Below the pieces are notes generated by a model. That model had not been told where the DNA came from. It made no database searches and saw only the letters and a list, made by a program, of their open reading frames with translations. The translations under genes were made by a program, and so were the position numbers. Source: Candidatus Roizmanbacteria bacterium (lineage in GTDB: Bacteria; Patescibacteriota; Microgenomatia; UBA1406). From it: a DNA stretch of 64,000 nt. Below are positions 28,146 to 38,554 of the stretch, piece after piece (the first letter of the stretch is position 1; each line of letters begins with the position of its first letter). The stretch lies in contig JANLHL010000038.1 in assembly GCA_024654535.1 (NCBI GenBank), forward strand, positions 41,581 through 105,580, in the 5' to 3' direction.

Positions 28146-28924
28146 AACATACGCTCTCTTTACTTAAGCTCTTTTCTTTTTATAGTATAAAAAAAACGAT
28201 TGCTCAACCGCTCAGCGTTTTTTTATTTGTTTTAGCAAAAGTGATTCGATTTGCATTGTTTTTTTTCTTTATACACTACCTTCTTTCAAAAACGAAAATG
28301 CTTGTTGGTTATACCCTTACAGAAACGCTCCTGTTCTTTCTAACATTTTCACTCATCGATGGTATTGCCCAGCTTTTATTTAGAGAAGTCTACCGATTTC
28401 GACCACTCGTTACCGAAGGAACGCTCGACTTAGTACTGACAAAGCCATACCATCCATTCTTACAGATACTCATTGGTGGGATCGATATATTAGACGTTGT
28501 GATGGTTGTCATTTATGGTTTTTTTGCTGTGTATTTTTTGCGCCAAATAGATAGCGTATCTTCTCTATCTATAGTCGTCTATATGCTCTTTTTAGTGAAT
28601 GCGCTCATCATCGCAGCAGCAGCGCACATATGCATTCTTGCACTTGGCCTTATCAGTAGTGAAATTGACAATGCACTTTCTTTGTTTAGAGATGTTACTC
28701 GGCTTGGAAGTCTTCCGATAGATATTTATAGCGAACCCGTAAGAACTATATTGAATACTGTTGTCCCGGTTGGTGTTATGATGAGTTTTCCTGTGAAGGG
28801 TTATTTGGGTCTATTATCTATTCAAACTCTTGTGTATAGTTTTCTATTAGGCGCAGTGTTACTGTGGGTATCTTTGTCTATGTGGCGAGGTGCACTTATG
28901 CGTTATCAAAGTTGGGGAGGCTAA
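28142..28924 (+). CDS. ABC-2 family permease
   Basis: GTLDLVLTKP, LPIDIY, RYQSWGG. Confidence 0.85.
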   Translation: MKHTLSLLKLFSFYSIKKTIAQPLSVFLFVLAKVIRFALFFFFIHYLLSKTKMLVGYTLTETLLFFLTFSLIDGIAQLLFREVYRFRPLVTEGTLDLVLTKPYHPFLQILIGGIDILDVVMVVIYGFFAVYFLRQIDSVSSLSIVVYMLFLVNALIIAAAAHICILALGLISSEIDNALSLFRDVTRLGSLPIDIYSEPVRTILNTVVPVGVMMSFPVKGYLGLLSIQTLVYSFLLGAVLLWVSLSMWRGALMRYQSWGG

Positions 28925-28926
28925 AG

Positions 28927-29901
28927 ATGGATCACGATATAGTTGCAACACATCTCACCAAGACATACAAAGTAAGGGAGGTAAAAAAGTCGGGGGGTAT
29001 TATGCAATTTTTTCAGACGAGGTATAGTGACCATACCGCATTGTCCGATGTATCTTTTACAGTCGATAAAGGAGAGGTGATGGGAATGGTAGGGCCAAAT
29101 GGAGCAGGGAAAACAACAACTATGAAAATGCTCTCTGGGATTTTATATCCGACGAGTGGATCGATTCAAATTCGTGGCTTTGTACCATTTGAGAAAAAAC
29201 ATGCATTTTTACGGCAAATCTCCTTCGTGATGGGTCGGAAAAATCAGCTTATATGGGATCTTCCTGCCATAGATACATTTCAATTAAACAAAGAAATTTA
29301 TGAGCTAGACGACTTGAGTTATAAGCGCTCTTTGGGCACGCTTCTCGACTTTTTAGATGCGCACGAGCTTATACATCGTCCAGTCAAAACCCTTTCTCTA
29401 GGACAGCGTATGAGACTAGAATTGGTTGCCGCACTGTTACATAATCCATCCATCCTCTTTTTAGACGAGCCAACACTTGGCCTCGATATTGTTGTTCACT
29501 CGTCAATAGTTCGATTTTTACAAGAATATAGACAAGAATTTCACCCAACGATCCTACTCAGTTCACACGATATGCGCGATGTAGAGCAACTTACCAATAG
29601 ACTTATGCTTGTTAATAAGGGACGGGTAGTCTACCAAGGTACACTACATGCATTAGTACGTTCCTATGGGACTCACAAACGTATACGGGTTGTACGTGAA
29701 AAGTCATATGTACTTCCTGAAAGATTAAAGAAGTTGGTTATCATAGATACATTTCCACTCCTTGAGCTTCGCATAAAACGATCAGAATTAGAAGATACTG
29801 TTTCGCTCCTTTTATCGGGTGGCAAATGTACGGATTTGACTGTTGAGAATGAACAGATAGAAAAAGTGATAGAAGAAGTACTTTCAATCAACTCCTTGTA
29901 G
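28927..29901 (+). CDS. ABC transporter ATP-binding protein
   Basis: GPNGAGKTT, LSLGQ, LFLDEPT. Confidence 0.95.
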   Translation: MDHDIVATHLTKTYKVREVKKSGGIMQFFQTRYSDHTALSDVSFTVDKGEVMGMVGPNGAGKTTTMKMLSGILYPTSGSIQIRGFVPFEKKHAFLRQISFVMGRKNQLIWDLPAIDTFQLNKEIYELDDLSYKRSLGTLLDFLDAHELIHRPVKTLSLGQRMRLELVAALLHNPSILFLDEPTLGLDIVVHSSIVRFLQEYRQEFHPTILLSSHDMRDVEQLTNRLMLVNKGRVVYQGTLHALVRSYGTHKRIRVVREKSYVLPERLKKLVIIDTFPLLELRIKRSELEDTVSLLLSGGKCTDLTVENEQIEKVIEEVLSINSL

Positions 29902-29917
29902 CTGCTATAATAGATAA

Positions 29918-31138
29918 ATGGCAGCACTAGTAACTCCCAGAACGCTTAAAGGATTCCGAGATTTTTTTCCACAAGAGGTCATTAAGAGAAACTATTTGAA
30001 ACAAAAAATAGTTGAAGTGTTTACTCTATACGGATTTGAGCCTATCGAAACCCCCTTATTGGAGTATTTAGATACGTTTAAGGGGAATATTGGAGAAGAT
30101 GAGAAGTTATTTTTTCACTTTCTCGATCACGGTAATCGTGCAGTTGCACTTCGTTACGACCAGACAGTGCCAACCTGCCGATTCATAGCGGAGCACCGTG
30201 ATGAAATTCAATTTCCATTTAAGCGATATCAAATTCAACCAGTATATAGAGCAGAAAAACCACAAAAAGGAAGATATAGGGAATTTGTGCAGTGCGATGC
30301 AGACATTTTTGGAGTGAAAGGGCCTGAGGCAGATGCTGAGCTTATAGCACTTACCATTGATATTTATACCCACCTTGGTTTCAAAGATTTCGTAGTGAAA
30401 ATAAATGATCGTGCATTGTTTCGGAAAATTGCCTATCCAGTGATTGTTGCTATAGACAAGTTGGCCAAAATAGGGCGCAGTGGTGTCATTGAGGAGATAG
30501 TTGCAAAAGGGTATTCTCACAGTGAGGCGAAGAACATGCTCGATGAAGTTTTACGTATGCAACCAAACGATACGCTCAATACGATATTCTCCTATTTAAA
30601 AAATGCAGGTTTTTCACAAGATCATTACCAATTTGACCCATCACTAGCCCGTTCTTTTAGTTATTCAACGGGACCAATATGGGAAGTCACCATTGCCGGT
30701 TTTGATCAAGGATCTGTTCTTGGTGGTGAGCGCTTTGATAAGCTTGTTGGCCGTTTTCAAAAAGAAGATATTCCAGGTACGGGTTTTGGATTGGGATTCC
30801 CACGAACATTTGAGGCCATGGAACAATTTGGGTTATTTCCCGCGTCACTACATTCGGTACCGCGCGTTATGGTTAGTATTTTTTCGCCATTATACGTTTC
30901 TTCATCTGTACGGGTTGCGTCCCAACTGAGGGAATCTTCAATAGCTACAGAGGTTTATCCTGATACAACTCATGATTTGTCTCGGCAACTGAAATATGCA
31001 GTTAAGAAAGGCATCGAGTACGTTATCATTATCGGAGAAGAAGAAGAAAAGTCGCACGCTGTAACTGTTAAAGAGTTGGCAACTCGTACGCAACATTCAG
31101 TACAACACAATAAGTTAGTAGAATTTTTTTTGAAATAA
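29918..31138 (+). CDS. hisS: Histidine--tRNA ligase
   Basis: KGFRDF, ALRYDQTVP, RAEKPQKGRYREF, anticodon-binding domain. Confidence 0.96.
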   Translation: MAALVTPRTLKGFRDFFPQEVIKRNYLKQKIVEVFTLYGFEPIETPLLEYLDTFKGNIGEDEKLFFHFLDHGNRAVALRYDQTVPTCRFIAEHRDEIQFPFKRYQIQPVYRAEKPQKGRYREFVQCDADIFGVKGPEADAELIALTIDIYTHLGFKDFVVKINDRALFRKIAYPVIVAIDKLAKIGRSGVIEEIVAKGYSHSEAKNMLDEVLRMQPNDTLNTIFSYLKNAGFSQDHYQFDPSLARSFSYSTGPIWEVTIAGFDQGSVLGGERFDKLVGRFQKEDIPGTGFGLGFPRTFEAMEQFGLFPASLHSVPRVMVSIFSPLYVSSSVRVASQLRESSIATEVYPDTTHDLSRQLKYAVKKGIEYVIIIGEEEEKSHAVTVKELATRTQHSVQHNKLVEFFLK

Positions 31139-31806
31139 TGCCTAACGGAACTTTATTATACGGTACCCTGTACAACGATTCTACCAAGCGCATAATGGAT
31201 GTTATTATCGCCATTTTTTTACTGGCACTTTTTTCACCAATTATGCTTTTCGTAGCCTGTGCTATAAAGTTGAATTCTTCGGGTCCTGTTTTTGCAGATA
31301 CGCCTGAGAGGGTTGGAACAAAAGGTAAAAAATTTCGTATGTATAAGTTCAGATCTATGATTCAAAATGCCCATCGTATTTTGCGTGAAGATCCCCGATT
31401 CAAGAAATTGTATGAAGAATATAAGAAAAGTAGCTATAAACTTCATGATGATCCTCGAATTACTAGTGTTGGTAGGTTTATTCGTAAACATTCCCTAGAT
31501 GAAATGCCACAGCTTATCAACGTATTGAAGGGGGAAATGAGTATAGTTGGACCTCGTGCATACTATCCGGATGAAATTGAAGAGCAGTTAAAAAAGCATC
31601 CAGAAGCTCACCAGTTTTTAGTAGAGGCTCTTTTAGTACGTCCGGGTATTACTGGCTATTGGCAAGTTTCTGGCAGAAGCGAAGTCCATTTTCGCAATCG
31701 TATCATTATGGATGCTTCGTATGTGAAAAAAATCTCACTATGGTATGATATACAAATTATGATTCTCACTCCCTGGACTATGATTTCAGGGAAAGGGGCT
31801 GTCTAA
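31138..31806 (+). CDS. Bacterial sugar transferase (polyprenyl-phosphate hexose-1-P transferase)
   Basis: KRIMD, KFRSM, DPRIT, LDEMPQL, MSIVGPR, PGITGYWQV. Confidence 0.95.
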   Translation: MPNGTLLYGTLYNDSTKRIMDVIIAIFLLALFSPIMLFVACAIKLNSSGPVFADTPERVGTKGKKFRMYKFRSMIQNAHRILREDPRFKKLYEEYKKSSYKLHDDPRITSVGRFIRKHSLDEMPQLINVLKGEMSIVGPRAYYPDEIEEQLKKHPEAHQFLVEALLVRPGITGYWQVSGRSEVHFRNRIIMDASYVKKISLWYDIQIMILTPWTMISGKGAV

Positions 31807-31812
31807 AATAAT

Positions 31813-33660
31813 ATGAGACGTAAAAAACCAACAAAAATAGCGATTATCAGTGCAGTTATTGTGCTTATATTGGGTGTGTTTATAACGCTGACGCTCGTAG
31901 TGCCGATGGTAAAAGCATCGAAAAGAAAAATAACACTCCAGAAAATTGCAAAAGAGACATTTGCTGCAGCAAAAACGCAAAACCTCGTTGCTCTTGAAAC
32001 TGGTCTAAAAACATTGCAAACAGAAATGCAAGGCTTAAACAAAGATTTAGCACCAACTTTTATATATAAGCACGTCCCCTTCGTTGGATACTTGTTTTCT
32101 GATGAAGAAAACGCACTCGCTGCAGCTGATTCGCTACTTATTGCCGCGAGCAAATCGGTAAAAGCAATTGAGCCCTATGCCGACCTCATCGGATTCAAAA
32201 AAGGAAGTGAATTTTCTAGTCAACCGACAGAAAAGCGCTTAGAGACGGCAATACTTACCATTGATAAACTTGTTCCACAGATAGATAAAATAGATAGTGA
32301 TCTTATGACGGCGCAGAAATATTTGGAGAAAATAGATCCTTCGCGATATCCGAAGAAAATAGGTAAATACGTTATTCAAGAGAGAATAAGTAATATTCAT
32401 AGTCAATTGCTTGGTATAGTGAGCCTAGCAACCGATGCAAAACCACTCTTTAAGAAACTACCCTATTTGTTGGGGAAAGATGAAGAGAGACGATATTTAG
32501 TTTTATTTGTGAACGATAAAGAGCTTCGCGCATCGGGAGGATTTATTACAGCGTATGCCATTTTCTCAATAGATAAAGGTCAGATACGAGTACAAGAGTC
32601 AAGCGATATCTATGATCTAGACAGCACTATAAACCACCCTGTTGCGCCACCGGAGATACTGCGGTATCACAAAGGAGTTAATGAATTCTATATTCGCGAT
32701 AGTAATCTGTCTCCTGATTATCAAAAGTCGATAGGTTATTTCGAACAGCTTTTGAGTAAAAGTAGTCGTTCATTTAAATATGACGGGATTATATCTATAG
32801 ATACCAACGTATTAGTGAATACATTGACTATATTAGGTCCAACAGAAGCGGGCGGTGTTACGTTCACAGCCGACAAAGATTCGCGTTGTGATTGTGCTCA
32901 AGTTATTTATGAGCTCGAAAACATAATAACGCGTCCAACAGGCTATATTCGTGAACAGCGAAAAAGTATGTTAAGCCTTTTATTGTATAACCTGATGCAA
33001 AAATCACTTGGAGTTTCTCCTTCACAATATTGGGGAAGACTATCCCAAAGCTTTCTGACTGAGCTTGATGAAAAGCATATTCTTGTACACTTGACCGACA
33101 CTTCATCTCAAAAGGCAATAGAATCACTAGGATATGGAGGTAGTATACGTGCATTTGATGGAGATTACCTGCATATTAATAACGTTAATTTTGCAGGGGC
33201 TAAGTCTAATCTATATATGACAACAACGGTTGTTTCAAGCGCAGTAAAAAAAGGAAATATGATTTCACGAGAAGTGGTCATTACCTATAAAAACGATCAT
33301 CCGGCCTCTGATTGTAACCTAGAACGCGGTGGATTGTGTTTGAACGCTCCGCTTCGCAACTGGTTGCGGATCTATGTGCCAAAAGGGGCAAATCTTGTAA
33401 AATTTGTTGGGTCTGAGATGCCAGTTCGACAGTATGATGAGCTCGGCAAGCATGTTTTTGAAGGTTTTTTAGTCGTAAATCCTATGGGTTTTGCTGAAGT
33501 GCGCGTGACATATGAAATTCCACTATCACTTCTTAAAGATAATAAATACACTCTCCTTATACAAAAACAACCTGGTATTACATTCCAAGAAACGACTGTT
33601 TCGTGGAATGGTCAAAAGCAAATCCTTCCAGTAAGAAGAGATACTGTAGTTACATTCTAA
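31813..33660 (+). CDS. DUF4012 domain protein
   Basis: YLVLFVNDKELRASGGFI, RDSNLSPDY, DGIISID, GAKSNLY, LRIYVPKG. Confidence 0.85.
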   Translation: MRRKKPTKIAIISAVIVLILGVFITLTLVVPMVKASKRKITLQKIAKETFAAAKTQNLVALETGLKTLQTEMQGLNKDLAPTFIYKHVPFVGYLFSDEENALAAADSLLIAASKSVKAIEPYADLIGFKKGSEFSSQPTEKRLETAILTIDKLVPQIDKIDSDLMTAQKYLEKIDPSRYPKKIGKYVIQERISNIHSQLLGIVSLATDAKPLFKKLPYLLGKDEERRYLVLFVNDKELRASGGFITAYAIFSIDKGQIRVQESSDIYDLDSTINHPVAPPEILRYHKGVNEFYIRDSNLSPDYQKSIGYFEQLLSKSSRSFKYDGIISIDTNVLVNTLTILGPTEAGGVTFTADKDSRCDCAQVIYELENIITRPTGYIREQRKSMLSLLLYNLMQKSLGVSPSQYWGRLSQSFLTELDEKHILVHLTDTSSQKAIESLGYGGSIRAFDGDYLHINNVNFAGAKSNLYMTTTVVSSAVKKGNMISREVVITYKNDHPASDCNLERGGLCLNAPLRNWLRIYVPKGANLVKFVGSEMPVRQYDELGKHVFEGFLVVNPMGFAEVRVTYEIPLSLLKDNKYTLLIQKQPGITFQETTVSWNGQKQILPVRRDTVVTF

Positions 33661-33664
33661 CCTT

Positions 33665-34198
33665 ATGTACCGGAAATCAACCGGTTTTATACTGAAGCGT
33701 TTAAGTGCTCGAGAAATGGACATGACTCTGGTTGTCTTTACTCAAGATTTTGGCAAGATATTACTCATAGCCAAGGGTGCGCAAAAAATAACGAGTAAGC
33801 GATTACCCGCATTAGACAGGTTGAGTATAGTTCGGATTCAATTTATTGAAAAATCGTCGTTTTTATATCTGCGAACAATAGATTTAATGAGTAATCTTCA
33901 GTCTATAAAATACGACCTAACCACACGAATGCTTCTTTTATTAGTCGCTGATATTCTTGATGGGCTCCTTCCAATACATCAACCAGAGCAAGAACTATTT
34001 GTTCGATTTAAGCATTACATTCGCGCGCTTTCACGCGACGACGTGCATGAAGCGACCCTTTCATTTTTAAGAGAGACGCTATCTATACTTGGCTATGCTC
34101 AGCATGGCACACAAATATCATTCAATGAGATTTTCCATACACTTGAAGAGCTTACACAACGAGATTTTCATGATAGATGGAGACAGCTGGGGATCTAG
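33665..34198 (+). CDS. recO: DNA repair protein RecO (short)
   Basis: GFILKR...EMD..LVVFTQDFGKI..IAKGAQKITSK. Confidence 0.85.
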   Translation: MYRKSTGFILKRLSAREMDMTLVVFTQDFGKILLIAKGAQKITSKRLPALDRLSIVRIQFIEKSSFLYLRTIDLMSNLQSIKYDLTTRMLLLLVADILDGLLPIHQPEQELFVRFKHYIRALSRDDVHEATLSFLRETLSILGYAQHGTQISFNEIFHTLEELTQRDFHDRWRQLGI

Positions 34199-34250
34199 AC
34201 AAACAACCAATTTTCAAGACAGTTTGTATGTGACATGATATACTCCATGT

Positions 34251-35612
34251 ATGGCTACATTAGAGACTCTCGTATCACTAGCAAAAAGGCGTGGATTTGT
34301 CTATCCAAGCTCAGAAATATATGGTGGGCTGGCGAACGTATACGATTACGGTCCACTCGGAGTGGAATTGCTACGAAATATAAGAGATCTTTGGTGGAAA
34401 GAATATGTTACTAAAAGGCACAATATCGTTGGACTCGAATCGGCAATATTTATGCATCCCAACGTTTGGAAGGCAAGCGGGCACGTTGCTGGATTTTCAG
34501 ACCCAATGATAGATGATGCTGAAAATCATAAACGATATAGAGCTGATCATGTAATAGCGGACTGGTGTAAAGAGAATAATAAAGAAGTGCCAGACACAGA
34601 TAATATGATCTTAGAGATGTTGGATGAGTTTATTACCAGTAACCATATTATATCAACCGATGGAAATGCATTTAACCATGCGCGGAACTTTAACCTCATG
34701 TTCAAGACCAAGTTAGGATCTGTAGAAAACGATGCAGAAGAGCTCTACTTACGGGCAGAGACGGCACAAGGTATGTATGTAGACTTCAAAAATATATTAG
34801 ATTCAACGAGACTCCAGGTTCCTTTTGGAGTAGCGCAACAGGGGAGAGTGTTTAGAAACGAAATTACGAAAGGTAAATTTATATTCAGGATGCTCGAATT
34901 TCAACAAATGGAAATTCAGTACTTTTTTAATGGAAAAGAGTGGGAAAAAATGTTTGAACAGTGGAGACAAGAGCAAGAAAATTGGTATCAAAATATACTT
35001 AAAATCAACAAATCAAAACTTAAATGGAAACCTCACGCGAAGCTTATTTTCTATGCAAAAGCCGCTGAAGACTTAACGTATCAGTTTCCGTGGGGAGCAG
35101 ATGAAGTGACTGGACTTCATTATCGGACAGATTATGATTTAAGTACTCACGCAAAGCATAGTGCAAAGAAATTAGAATACCGCGATCCCTTTACCGGCGA
35201 AGTATATGTCCCTCACGTCCTTGAAACAACATGGGGACTCGACAGAAATTTTTTTATGCTATTAGATAATGCATATTTCGAAGAAGAAGGTAGAGTAGTG
35301 CTTAAGCTCCCATTTAACCTCGCTCCATATAAAGTTGCTGTATTTCCACTTGTTTCTAATAAAGAAGAGTTAGTTAAAAAAGCGAACGGTGTATATGAGC
35401 AAATCGGTAAGAACTATATGACGTACTGGGACGACAGGGGAAACATAGGAAAGCGATACCGTTACCAAGACGAAGTAGGGACACCTCTGTGCGTTACTAT
35501 TGACTATCAGACGTTAACAGACGATACTGTTACTGTGCGCAGTAGAGATACCATGGCACAAGAGCGTGTTGCGATAACAAACCTTACTAGTTATATTATG
35601 GCTCATGAATAA
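34251..35612 (+). CDS. glyQS: Glycine--tRNA ligase, alpha2 type
   Basis: KRRGFVYPSSEIYGG, DYGPLG, WKASGHV, YLRAETAQG, IGKRYRYQDEVGTP. Confidence 0.96.
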   Translation: MATLETLVSLAKRRGFVYPSSEIYGGLANVYDYGPLGVELLRNIRDLWWKEYVTKRHNIVGLESAIFMHPNVWKASGHVAGFSDPMIDDAENHKRYRADHVIADWCKENNKEVPDTDNMILEMLDEFITSNHIISTDGNAFNHARNFNLMFKTKLGSVENDAEELYLRAETAQGMYVDFKNILDSTRLQVPFGVAQQGRVFRNEITKGKFIFRMLEFQQMEIQYFFNGKEWEKMFEQWRQEQENWYQNILKINKSKLKWKPHAKLIFYAKAAEDLTYQFPWGADEVTGLHYRTDYDLSTHAKHSAKKLEYRDPFTGEVYVPHVLETTWGLDRNFFMLLDNAYFEEEGRVVLKLPFNLAPYKVAVFPLVSNKEELVKKANGVYEQIGKNYMTYWDDRGNIGKRYRYQDEVGTPLCVTIDYQTLTDDTVTVRSRDTMAQERVAITNLTSYIMAHE

Positions 35613-36063
35613 AAAAATTGCAGCAGGAGCAGTCGTTGTTTTTATCATTGTATTTGGATTTGTGTGGTGGGCAATCTTTGGTAAATCTAATAATGCAAAT
35701 ACACCAGAACAGACAGAAAAAGTACTAGTGGAAGGGGAAGTTATGAAACCTGTTGAAAAGTCGGTCAAGGTACAGCTTGTTCGTGATTCAAGTGGAAAAA
35801 AGGCTATTTTGACCATTGAAGGAATTCCGCAAAAATATACAGAAATTGAATATAAGCTTGCGTATGATACTGGTGCTGGAGTGCCTCGCGGCGTTCTTGG
35901 GACTATACAGGTCGATGGCGAGACGTATGAAAAAGACATTGTACTTGGGAGTTGTTCTACGAATATTTGTACGTACGATGAGGGTGTTAATGAAGTAGAT
36001 GCTACATTGAAATTCAATAGTTCAAGCGGATCAACCATATTCGAAAAGAAATTTAAACTGTAG
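35605..36063 (+). CDS. Membrane-anchored hypothetical protein
   Basis: N-terminal TM; LGSCSTNICTYDEGV. Confidence 0.75.
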   Translation: MNKKIAAGAVVVFIIVFGFVWWAIFGKSNNANTPEQTEKVLVEGEVMKPVEKSVKVQLVRDSSGKKAILTIEGIPQKYTEIEYKLAYDTGAGVPRGVLGTIQVDGETYEKDIVLGSCSTNICTYDEGVNEVDATLKFNSSSGSTIFEKKFKL

Positions 36064-36149
36064 TTTTATCCTGCCTCTATCTTCGGAAATCTATTCCCGT
36101 TGCTAAACGGGTGCTAAATTAGTAGAATAGACCAAGTTAAACAAGTAGT

Positions 36150-37121
36150 ATGACAATAATTAAAAGCGAGTTTGCGCTCGCACTCAATCAAATAGCTACA
36201 GAGCGAGGCATATCCTTAGAGGAGGTAATTAGCTCTATTGAGGAAGCGGTGAAAATAGCATACAAAAAAGAATACCACATTGAAGAAATGGAAGAAATCT
36301 TAGTAAAGATAGATCCGAAAACCGGTGGCGCTCGATTGTTTCAAGAAGATAAAGATATTACGCCTCCGGGATTTGGACGTATTGCCGCACAAACAGCAAA
36401 GCAAGTTATTATCCAAAAAATTCGAGAGGCAGAAAAAAAATCTGTCGTACAACACTTTAAGAAGCTTGAACATTCTTTAATAACGGGCCGTGTCATACGT
36501 TTTGACGGTAAAATTGCCTACGTTGACATTGGAAGAACCGAAGCTATATTACCACCTTCGGAACAAATTAGGAATGAGCGATACTACCCAAACACACGGT
36601 TGATTTTCTATCTTGTGGAAGTTATAGATGTTCCCGGTATGTATAAGATAATTCTTTCACGTAGAGATGAGCGCTTGATACAGGAGCTTTTTAAGAGAGA
36701 AGTCCCAGAACTGGCACAGGGAATGGTTGAAATTAGGAGAATTGTTCGAGAAGCTGGAGAACGCACTAAAATTGCTGTGTACTCAAAAGAACGTGGAGTA
36801 GATCCTGTCGGAAGTTGTGTTGGTCAAAAAGGTATTCGTATTCAATCTGTTATTCATTCTCTTGGGATTGACGAGAAAATAGATGTTGTGCAATGGAGTG
36901 ACGATCAGAAAACTTTTATCACGAATGCCATATCTCCATCAAAGCCAATTGAAATAGAAATACATGAAGAAGAAAAATTAGCCAATATATTTGTTGATTC
37001 AGAAGAACTTTCACTCATAATTGGACGTGAAGGACAGAATATTCGACTTGCTTCAAAATTAACAGGGTACACATTGAAAGCGCAACCAAAAGAAGAACAA
37101 GAGACCGCAGCGAAGAGCTGA
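36150..37121 (+). CDS. nusA: Transcription termination/antitermination factor NusA
   Basis: FGRIAAQTAKQVI, REAGERTKIAV, DPVGSCVG, IGREGQNIRLASKLTG. Confidence 0.97.
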   Translation: MTIIKSEFALALNQIATERGISLEEVISSIEEAVKIAYKKEYHIEEMEEILVKIDPKTGGARLFQEDKDITPPGFGRIAAQTAKQVIIQKIREAEKKSVVQHFKKLEHSLITGRVIRFDGKIAYVDIGRTEAILPPSEQIRNERYYPNTRLIFYLVEVIDVPGMYKIILSRRDERLIQELFKREVPELAQGMVEIRRIVREAGERTKIAVYSKERGVDPVGSCVGQKGIRIQSVIHSLGIDEKIDVVQWSDDQKTFITNAISPSKPIEIEIHEEEKLANIFVDSEELSLIIGREGQNIRLASKLTGYTLKAQPKEEQETAAKS

Positions 37122-37141
37122 TTTGTAAGTTTATATAAAAA

Positions 37142-38554
37142 ATGAAAGAAAGATCTCCAGTGGTTGCTGTTGTTGGCCATGTCGACCACGGCAAAACTAC
37201 ATTATTAGATACCATCCGAAAAACTAATATCACTGCACGTGAGGAGGGAGGGATTACACAGAAAATTGGTGCATATGAGGTCTATACCGAAGAAGGAAAA
37301 TATATTACCTTCATTGATACCCCGGGACATGAAGTTTTCATCAATCTTCGTAAAAGAGGTGTACAGACAGCAGATATAGTGCTATTGGTTATTGCTGCAG
37401 ATAGTTCAGTGCAACCTCAAACACTTGAATCGATACGTGCTATACAAGAGGCGCATGCTCCTTGCATTGTTGTGATAACTAAGATTGACGTACCCAACGC
37501 ATTACCAGAAAAAGTGATTAAGGATCTTGCGAAGGCAAATATATTACTCGAGGGAAGGGGTGGCGAAGTTCCTTATGTTCTTCTCAATGCAAAAGACAAA
37601 AAAGATATGCCAAAATTACTCGAACTGATTACTCTTGTTTCTCAATTACAGAATTATACGTATGATCCGAAGCAACCAGTTGAAGGGTCGGTCATTGAGG
37701 TACGAAAAGATAGAAGAGGTATTATTCCAACTATTATTTTAAAAAACGGTTCTATAGACGTTGGAACAACTGTATATATTGGCGGTACGACGGTACGAGT
37801 ACGTGCCTTAGTTGATCAGTTAGGTAAGAATCACACGCACATAGAACCAGTTACACCATTTGAACTACTAGGAATGAAAGATGTTGTTAATGCGGGAGCG
37901 CTCGTATTGCAAAATGACACAGAAATAATACAAAAGAAAGAGAAAAACAAAGGGCCATCGTGGGAAGATACAAAAAAGAAATTTAACTTTCTTGTTCGAG
38001 CGGATTCTTTTGGGTCACTCGAAGTTATTCGAGAAAAGCTTAAGGCTTTTGAAGAGATTGACATTATCAGTAGTGACATAGGTGAACCGACAGAGCGTGA
38101 CATAGAAACAGCGTCTTCTACAAATGCGAATATGTTGGTTTTCCAAGTCCCTATTCGAGCTCCTATTCAGGCAAAGGCCGATGCTGCTGGCGTTGGTGTA
38201 TTCCATTACATGTTGATATACGAGCTTCTTGAAGAAATAGAAGACCTCATTGTATCTCTACGTGAACGCCGTCAAAAAGAGGCGCGTAAAGTTGGTGAAG
38301 CGCGGATTATGGCAATTTTTGTAAAAGAAAATAAGAAAATTGCAGGACTAAAAGTAATATCAGGTCAAATGGAAGAGGGTAGTTCTGCTGAAATAACAAG
38401 AGGTAGAAAGATCCTTGGAGAAACTACTATAAGCTCTATATTTATGAAAACTACCCCGGTACCTATGGTGCGCAAGGGAGACGAGTGTGGCGCTATATTC
38501 ACCGATTCTGTTGACTTTAGGCAGGGTGATATAGTAAAATTATATGTACAATGA
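37142..38554 (+). CDS. infB: Translation initiation factor IF-2 (no N-terminal extension)
   Basis: GHVDHGKTTLLD, GGITQKIGA, DTPGHE, KGDECG. Confidence 0.96.
   Translation: MKERSPVVAVVGHVDHGKTTLLDTIRKTNITAREEGGITQKIGAYEVYTEEGKYITFIDTPGHEVFINLRKRGVQTADIVLLVIAADSSVQPQTLESIRAIQEAHAPCIVVITKIDVPNALPEKVIKDLAKANILLEGRGGEVPYVLLNAKDKKDMPKLLELITLVSQLQNYTYDPKQPVEGSVIEVRKDRRGIIPTIILKNGSIDVGTTVYIGGTTVRVRALVDQLGKNHTHIEPVTPFELLGMKDVVNAGALVLQNDTEIIQKKEKNKGPSWEDTKKKFNFLVRADSFGSLEVIREKLKAFEEIDIISSDIGEPTERDIETASSTNANMLVFQVPIRAPIQAKADAAGVGVFHYMLIYELLEEIEDLIVSLRERRQKEARKVGEARIMAIFVKENKKIAGLKVISGQMEEGSSAEITRGRKILGETTISSIFMKTTPVPMVRKGDECGAIFTDSVDFRQGDIVKLYVQ

Noticed and set aside
36099..36120. TTGCTAAACGGGTGCTAA upstream of nusA as a CIRCE
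   Set aside because: Only the right half-site matches; there is no TTAGCA arm at 9-bp spacing.
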